Shown here piece by piece: positions 59,138 through 64,000 of a DNA stretch of 64,000 nt. The position numbers were made by a program, and so were the translations under genes. The stretch is taken from assembly GCA_037445735.1 (NCBI GenBank), contig JBBIJY010000014.1, positions 1-64,000 on the forward strand, given 5' to 3'. Below the pieces are notes generated by a model that was given only the letters and a program-made list of their open reading frames with translations, was not told where the DNA came from and did not search any database. The stretch comes from Armatimonadota bacterium. GTDB taxonomy: Bacteria > Armatimonadota > Fimbriimonadia > Fimbriimonadales > GBS-DC. Every line of letters begins with the position of its first letter. Position 1 is the first letter of the stretch.

Positions 59138-59884
59138 ATGAACCTGCCCGGAGCCTATTTTCAACGGCTGCGTCAGCAGCTACAGGAGCTGGAGCGCCGC
59201 TCGCTGAGCGCGATTGAGCAGGCAGCCGAGCGGTGCGCTCAGTGCCTGCTGCGCGGCGGTGCGATCCATGTGTACGACACGGGGCATCTTGTCTCGCGTG
59301 AACTTATCAATCGCGCGGGTGGGCTGGCAGCGTTCACCCCGTTCAGCTTCGACCTGCAGGTGCAGAACCCGCACCCCTATCGCGAGGCGCATGGGATCAG
59401 CGCTGGGTCCACGCCCGATACTGTTCGCGCGATTGTGCGTGCCGCACTGGATCGCAGTCGCATCGTGCCAGGCGATGTGCTGATTATCGGCAGCGTGTCG
59501 GGCAAGACGCCGATCCCTGTGGAGCTGGCGTTGCAGGCACGGCAGCGCGGCGTGTTCACTGTTGCGCTCACCGCCCTTGACTACTCGTCCCGCCTCGAAT
59601 CGGAACATGAGTCGGGCAAGCGGCTCTTTGAGGTGGCGGATCTGGTCATCGATAACGCTGCGCCCTATGGCGACGCGATGATGAGCCTTGAAGGGCTGGA
59701 GACGCCGTTCTGTCCTGCTTCGGGCATCGGCGGCGCCGCCGCGCTGTGGGCGCTGGTGGCGGGTATCGTTGAAATAATGGCAGCGGCAGGCAAGCCGCCC
59801 ACCATCTTCGCCAGCATCAATCGTCCCGACGGGCAGCAACGCTACCAGCAGAGCATCGAACAGTTCAGACAGCGAGGCTATTGA
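59138..59884 (+). CDS. SIS-domain sugar isomerase-like protein
   Basis: IHVYDTGH, RAGGL, GDVLIIGSVSG, RLFEVADLVIDN.APYGDA and P.IF.S.N motifs. Confidence 0.85.
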   Translation: MNLPGAYFQRLRQQLQELERRSLSAIEQAAERCAQCLLRGGAIHVYDTGHLVSRELINRAGGLAAFTPFSFDLQVQNPHPYREAHGISAGSTPDTVRAIVRAALDRSRIVPGDVLIIGSVSGKTPIPVELALQARQRGVFTVALTALDYSSRLESEHESGKRLFEVADLVIDNAAPYGDAMMSLEGLETPFCPASGIGGAAALWALVAGIVEIMAAAGKPPTIFASINRPDGQQRYQQSIEQFRQRGY

Positions 59885-59885
59885 G

Positions 59886-60302
59886 ATGAAAACGATACTG
59901 TTTGTGTGTGTGGGCAACTCATGTCGGAGCCAGATGGCGGAGGGGTTCGCTAACGCGCTCGGTCAGGGCAAGGTGGTCGCCTTCAGCGCAGGCACAATGC
60001 CCGCTGCACGGGTGCATCCGCTCGCCGTCGAAGCGATGCGCGAGATCGGCATCGATATCTCCCGCCAGTATCCCAAATCGGTGGAGGAGTTCGATATGGG
60101 CAGTTTCGACGCGGTGGTCAGCCTGTGCGATGCGTCCACCGACACGCTGTGCCCCGCGAACTTCGGGGGCGTGCGCGAGCAGTGGAACATCCCCGATCCC
60201 GTCGGGCTGCCGATGGAGGAGTTCCGCCGTATTCGCGACACGATTGGCGAGCGGGTCAAAGCGCTGGTTAACCGATTGCTGATGGAGGGCGATGGCTGCT
60301 GA
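59886..60302 (+). CDS. arsC: Arsenate reductase / LMW phosphatase family protein
   Basis: FVCVGNSCRSQMAEG, SAGT, SLC...CP, W.IPDP and FRRIRD motifs. Confidence 0.85.
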   Translation: MKTILFVCVGNSCRSQMAEGFANALGQGKVVAFSAGTMPAARVHPLAVEAMREIGIDISRQYPKSVEEFDMGSFDAVVSLCDASTDTLCPANFGGVREQWNIPDPVGLPMEEFRRIRDTIGERVKALVNRLLMEGDGC

Positions 60303-60960
60303 GCGACTGCGTGTGGTGATTGCGAGCCACAATCGCGCCAAGTCGCGCGAAATTGTTGCACTGCTGACCGAAGGGCTGCGCGATTTGCCAGTGGAGATTC
60401 CGCTGTTGTGCGACTATCCGAACGCGCCTGTGCCGGACGAGACCGAATCGACCTATGCGGGCAACGCCGCGCTGAAGGCATGCGCCTGCGCACGGTTCAC
60501 CGGCGAGGTCGCACTGGCGGACGACGCGGGGCTGGAGATCGACGCGCTCAATGGTCAACCTGGCTTGCACTCGCGCCGATTCGCGGGTGAGCAGACGCCC
60601 TTCACCGTCAAGATGGGGCTGATACTGGAGCGATTGCAGGCGGTGCCTGATGAGCGGCGCACGGCTCGCTTCCGCTGCGCCGTCGCGATTGCCACGCCCG
60701 AAGGCGACCTGTACCTTTTTGAAGACACGCTGGAGGGGCGTATCGCGCAGGCGCCACGCGGACAGTACGGCTTCGGCTATGACCCCATCTTCTACCTGCC
60801 TGCGTTCGGCTGCACGCTCGCCGAGCTGCACCCCGCCTTCAAGAACCGTATCAGCCATCGCGCGAAGGTGCTGCGGCAGGCAATCCCGAAACTGCGCACG
60901 ATTTTGCAGGCACGCCTGCAGGCACAGAGCGTCGAACTGGACGAGGCAGAAAGCGTCTAA
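60292..60960 (+). CDS. rdgB: Non-canonical purine NTP pyrophosphatase (HAM1 family)
   Basis: ASHNRAK..E, NA.LKA, ADDAGL, PG.HSRRF, GFGYDPIF and KNRISHR motifs. Confidence 0.92.
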   Translation: MAAERLRVVIASHNRAKSREIVALLTEGLRDLPVEIPLLCDYPNAPVPDETESTYAGNAALKACACARFTGEVALADDAGLEIDALNGQPGLHSRRFAGEQTPFTVKMGLILERLQAVPDERRTARFRCAVAIATPEGDLYLFEDTLEGRIAQAPRGQYGFGYDPIFYLPAFGCTLAELHPAFKNRISHRAKVLRQAIPKLRTILQARLQAQSVELDEAESV

Positions 60961-60977
60961 ACCTGTGGAGGCAAACG

Positions 60978-62195
60978 ATGAACATCCTCGAGAGCTTTCT
61001 ATCGGCGATAGAGAGCCTGCGGGCAAACAAAATGCGCACACTGCTGACCATGCTGGGCGTGATTATCGGCGTGGGCGCAGTGATCGCAATGATCGGGATA
61101 GCGCAGGGCGCCCGCGCCTACACGCTGGAGCAGGTGCAGAAGCTGGGCGCGAATGTGCTGACCGTGCGCGCGGGTCAGGCACGGCGCGGCGGCGCGTTCC
61201 TGGGATTCGGCAGCGTGCAGACGATGAAGCCATCAGACGCCGACGCCATCCTCAAAAGCTGCGGCGGGCTGGTCGCTCGCGTCTCACCCGAAACCTCCTC
61301 ATCATTCCAGGTGAAATATTTCAATCGCAATACGCGCACCAGCGTTACTGGCGCCTGGCCCGAATATGCCGAGATTCGCAATCTGGTGCTGGCGGAAGGG
61401 CGCTACTACAACGAGTCGGAAGAGCGCGCGATGGCACGAGTCGCCGTCATCGGGCACACCGTATGGGAAGAGCTGTTCCAGAACGGCGCATGCATCGGCA
61501 AGACCATCCGCATTAATGGTCAACCATTTCGGGTCATCGGGCGATTACAGTACAAGGGCGACACGGGCTTCCGCAGCTTCGATGACCGCATCTATGTGCC
61601 GCTGTCGACCGCGATGCGTCGCCTGATGGGCGTGGAGCATGTGGAGGGGCTTTCCGTCCAGGCAAGCTCAGGCGAGGTGATGGAAGCCACCCAGCAATGT
61701 GTGGAAGAGACGCTCATGCGCGTGCATCGCATTCCGCCCTGGGAAGAACCCGATTTCCGCGTGTTCAATCAGGGCGAGTTCGTGGAGACGGTCGAGCAGA
61801 CGGCGCGCACCTTCACCTTCCTGCTGGCGGGCGTCGCGCTGGTCTCGCTCATCGTGGGCGGTATCGGCATTATGAACATCATGCTGGTGTCGGTGACGGA
61901 GCGCACGCGCGAGATCGGGCTGCGCAAGGCGATTGGTGCCACCCGTCAGAACATCCTCGCGCAGTTCCTGATCGAGTCGGTGGTCATCAGCGTCGCGGGC
62001 GGGCTGATTGGCATCGCAGTGGGCTATGCGGCGGCAACCTACATCAGCCTGCAGGCGAACTGGAAGGTGCTGATTCCTGTGGAGGGCGTGCTGCTGGCAT
62101 TCGGTTTCGCTGCGCTGGTGGGCATCTTTTTCGGGCTGTATCCCGCGTGGCGGGCTGCCCAGCTGCAACCGATAGAGGCTCTGCGGTATGAATAA
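60978..62195 (+). CDS. MacB/FtsX-type ABC transporter permease
   Basis: LRANKMRTLLTMLGVIIGV, SLIVGGIGIMNIMLVSVTERTREIGLRKAIGA and PA.RAA.L.PIEALRYE motifs. Confidence 0.93.
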   Translation: MNILESFLSAIESLRANKMRTLLTMLGVIIGVGAVIAMIGIAQGARAYTLEQVQKLGANVLTVRAGQARRGGAFLGFGSVQTMKPSDADAILKSCGGLVARVSPETSSSFQVKYFNRNTRTSVTGAWPEYAEIRNLVLAEGRYYNESEERAMARVAVIGHTVWEELFQNGACIGKTIRINGQPFRVIGRLQYKGDTGFRSFDDRIYVPLSTAMRRLMGVEHVEGLSVQASSGEVMEATQQCVEETLMRVHRIPPWEEPDFRVFNQGEFVETVEQTARTFTFLLAGVALVSLIVGGIGIMNIMLVSVTERTREIGLRKAIGATRQNILAQFLIESVVISVAGGLIGIAVGYAAATYISLQANWKVLIPVEGVLLAFGFAALVGIFFGLYPAWRAAQLQPIEALRYE

Positions 62196-62251
62196 CTCCC
62201 TCACCTCAGAGGAGAGAGCAAGTTAGCCATCCCTCCAGGGGGCGAGGGTAT

Positions 62252-62410
62252 TATCTATATCCCTCTCCCCCTCTGGGGGAGAGGGTGCGGGTGAGGGGGC
62301 AGGGTATCTATATCCCTCTCCCCCTCTGGGGGAGAGGGTACGGGTGAGGGGGCAGGGTATCTATATCCCTCTCCCCCTCTGGGGGAGAGGGTACGGGTGA
62401 GGGGGCAGGG
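62252..62410. repeat. Three tandem 53-bp REP units
   Basis: tatctatatccctctccccctctgggggagagggt(g/a)cgggtgagggggcaggg at 62252, 62305 and 62358. Confidence 0.92.
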
Positions 62411-62445
62411 ACCGATGGACACATTCAGACGAGGTTCATACAACA

Positions 62446-62961
62446 ATGTCCGAAACAGGTCGGCAGGAGTTTCTCTATCGGGATGGGCCGATCGGGTTGC
62501 AGGTGCTGCCCGAACAGGGTGGCTGGCGCGTGGTGCTGCCCGACGGCACGGAGCATCGCGTGCTGGAGTGGCAGATTCGTGACGAGGGCGTCTTGCGCCT
62601 GCGCACGCCCGCGGGCGTATGGCAGCTGGGCTTCCAGCTCAGCGGCGACGAAATCACGCTGTGCTATCAGGGGCGCGTCTATCGGTTTCGAAGGGGCAGA
62701 GAAAAGCGAGCGTCGGGCAGCCACTCCAGCGCGGAAGGCATGCTCGCTGCCCCCATGCCGGGCTTAATTCGCAAAGTGCTGGTGCAGAGAGGCGACACGG
62801 TGCAGGCGGGTCAACCGCTGATTGTGCTGGAGGCGATGAAGACGGAGCAAACCCTGCGGTCGCCCTACGCCGGTGTGGTGCAGTCGCTCAACTGCCGCGA
62901 GGGCGAGATTGTGCAGGAGGGCGCCCTTCTGGTGGAAGTTCGCCCCATGCAGGCGGAGTGA
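62446..62961 (+). CDS. Biotin carboxyl carrier protein (acyl-CoA carboxylase type)
   Basis: APMPG, V..GD.V.AGQPL.VLEAMKTE motifs with the biotinylation Lys intact. Confidence 0.88.
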   Translation: MSETGRQEFLYRDGPIGLQVLPEQGGWRVVLPDGTEHRVLEWQIRDEGVLRLRTPAGVWQLGFQLSGDEITLCYQGRVYRFRRGREKRASGSHSSAEGMLAAPMPGLIRKVLVQRGDTVQAGQPLIVLEAMKTEQTLRSPYAGVVQSLNCREGEIVQEGALLVEVRPMQAE

Positions 62962-62964
62962 GGC

Positions 62965-64000
62965 TCAGAGGCTGCGCACCCGATTGCGCCAGGCGACCAG
63001 ATCGCTCACACTGCCGAAGGTGAGCCACGGGGTCAGCACGCGCCGCCATGCATCCAGCGCCTGATACACATACACCGCTACCGACGGCCACTCGTAGCTC
63101 AGTTCGTAGTTGTGATGATAGATGATCCCGCCCCCGCGCAGCCACTTATTCAGCCCGTCCCTGATGAGGCGTGCGCCCAGCATGCGTGTGAACATCAGAT
63201 CGACGCTTTCGCCCGATGTGCCGTAGCCTTCGGCGAGCGCGAGCGTGGCACGGTCCGCCGGTTGCGTGGCATAGTTCACATTATTGCTGTAAAGCGGGTC
63301 ATAGGCGTCCACCAGCTCGATGCCGTAGCGTCGCTCCAGCGGGTTGCGCAGGTAGGGCGTGTGCGCCATCAGCCGTGCGCCAGGCGCAACAACACAGGAG
63401 CTGACCCAAGCCCGCACCACGCGCACGGGCGTCTCCTCCCGCAAAAAGCGCAGATAGCGATCGGTGAACTGGTTATTGGCGAAGTTCAGATAGCGATGGC
63501 GATTGCACCAGCTGGTGGCGAAGCCCATCTGCCGCATCTCGTCCAGCGTGCCTTTCCAGTGGGCGCGGAACGCCGCCGGCGAACTCATCTCGCGAAACGA
63601 GCCGTAAGGGTTCGTCCACGCCCGCGCATTCCCGAACCCCAGCGTGCTTTCAATCTGCCAGTAATGGTCGTGCCAGCAGCAGGGGAAACAACCATCCTGC
63701 TCCTGCAATAGAATCTGGTGAATCTGCGCCAGCTGCGCATTGTAGTTGCGCGCGTTGCGATGCAGGTAAGGGTTCGTCGGACTCAGATTGCTGAGCGCGC
63801 TGGTGGTGCAACCGCACTGCACGACCAGCCCCGTGGTCTGACAGAAGGCACGAATCCACTGCACCGACTGCAGATAGATGTCGTAGCTCCAGCCGGGCGC
63901 GTTCGGTGCGCCCCAGGTGCAGATGTGGTCGATATCCATGCTCAGCGGGCGGCTCCAGGCGGGATCCGCCTCCTCGTTCACCATCATCCACGGGATCAAC
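62965..64000 (-). CDS. Hypothetical protein, C-terminal part (runs off the window)
   Basis: Open frame of at least 344 aa with host-like codons. DIDH, WHDH and YHH suggest a metal site, possibly polysaccharide-deacetylase-like. Confidence 0.65.
   Translation of the reverse strand, partial: LIPWMMVNEEADPAWSRPLSMDIDHICTWGAPNAPGWSYDIYLQSVQWIRAFCQTTGLVVQCGCTTSALSNLSPTNPYLHRNARNYNAQLAQIHQILLQEQDGCFPCCWHDHYWQIESTLGFGNARAWTNPYGSFREMSSPAAFRAHWKGTLDEMRQMGFATSWCNRHRYLNFANNQFTDRYLRFLREETPVRVVRAWVSSCVVAPGARLMAHTPYLRNPLERRYGIELVDAYDPLYSNNVNYATQPADRATLALAEGYGTSGESVDLMFTRMLGARLIRDGLNKWLRGGGIIYHHNYELSYEWPSVAVYVYQALDAWRRVLTPWLTFGSVSDLVAWRNRVRSL

Noticed and set aside
62252-62410. Possible CRISPR array
   Set aside because: The units are contiguous and nearly identical with no unique spacers, there are no cas genes, and the sequence belongs to the REP family.

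Overview
GC-rich bacterial chromosomal segment, probably Armatimonadota. This is inferred from two prepilin-type H-X9-DG proteins, a PEP-CTERM protein, MqnC and an outer-membrane beta-barrel, and was not checked against any database. Most genes are housekeeping or envelope genes (glnA, mqnC, recA, mrdA, PBP1A, coaBC, rpmE, nuoL, tyrA, accA/accD, acs, rdgB). The main candidate for a new system is a compact minus-strand operon at 51986-54570. It encodes a 66-aa Gly-terminated peptide, an E2-like conjugase, a JAB-peptidase/ThiF(E1) fusion and a tandem zinc-finger protein. This looks like a ubiquitin-like conjugation pathway without a canonical beta-grasp Ubl. Other points: (1) a palindromic REP family that occurs inside IS-like terminal inverted repeats (a MITE) and is also inserted in frame in tyrA and PBP1A; (2) an exact 18-bp palindromic site shared by the glnA and PEP-CTERM promoters; (3) ANTAR-type hairpins in the glnA leader; (4) an orphan Mu-type portal gene; (5) an AccB-like protein lacking the biotinylated lysine; (6) a lower-GC island at the left end with a probably frameshifted Cys-rich secreted protein. 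All product calls come from motif recognition by eye.
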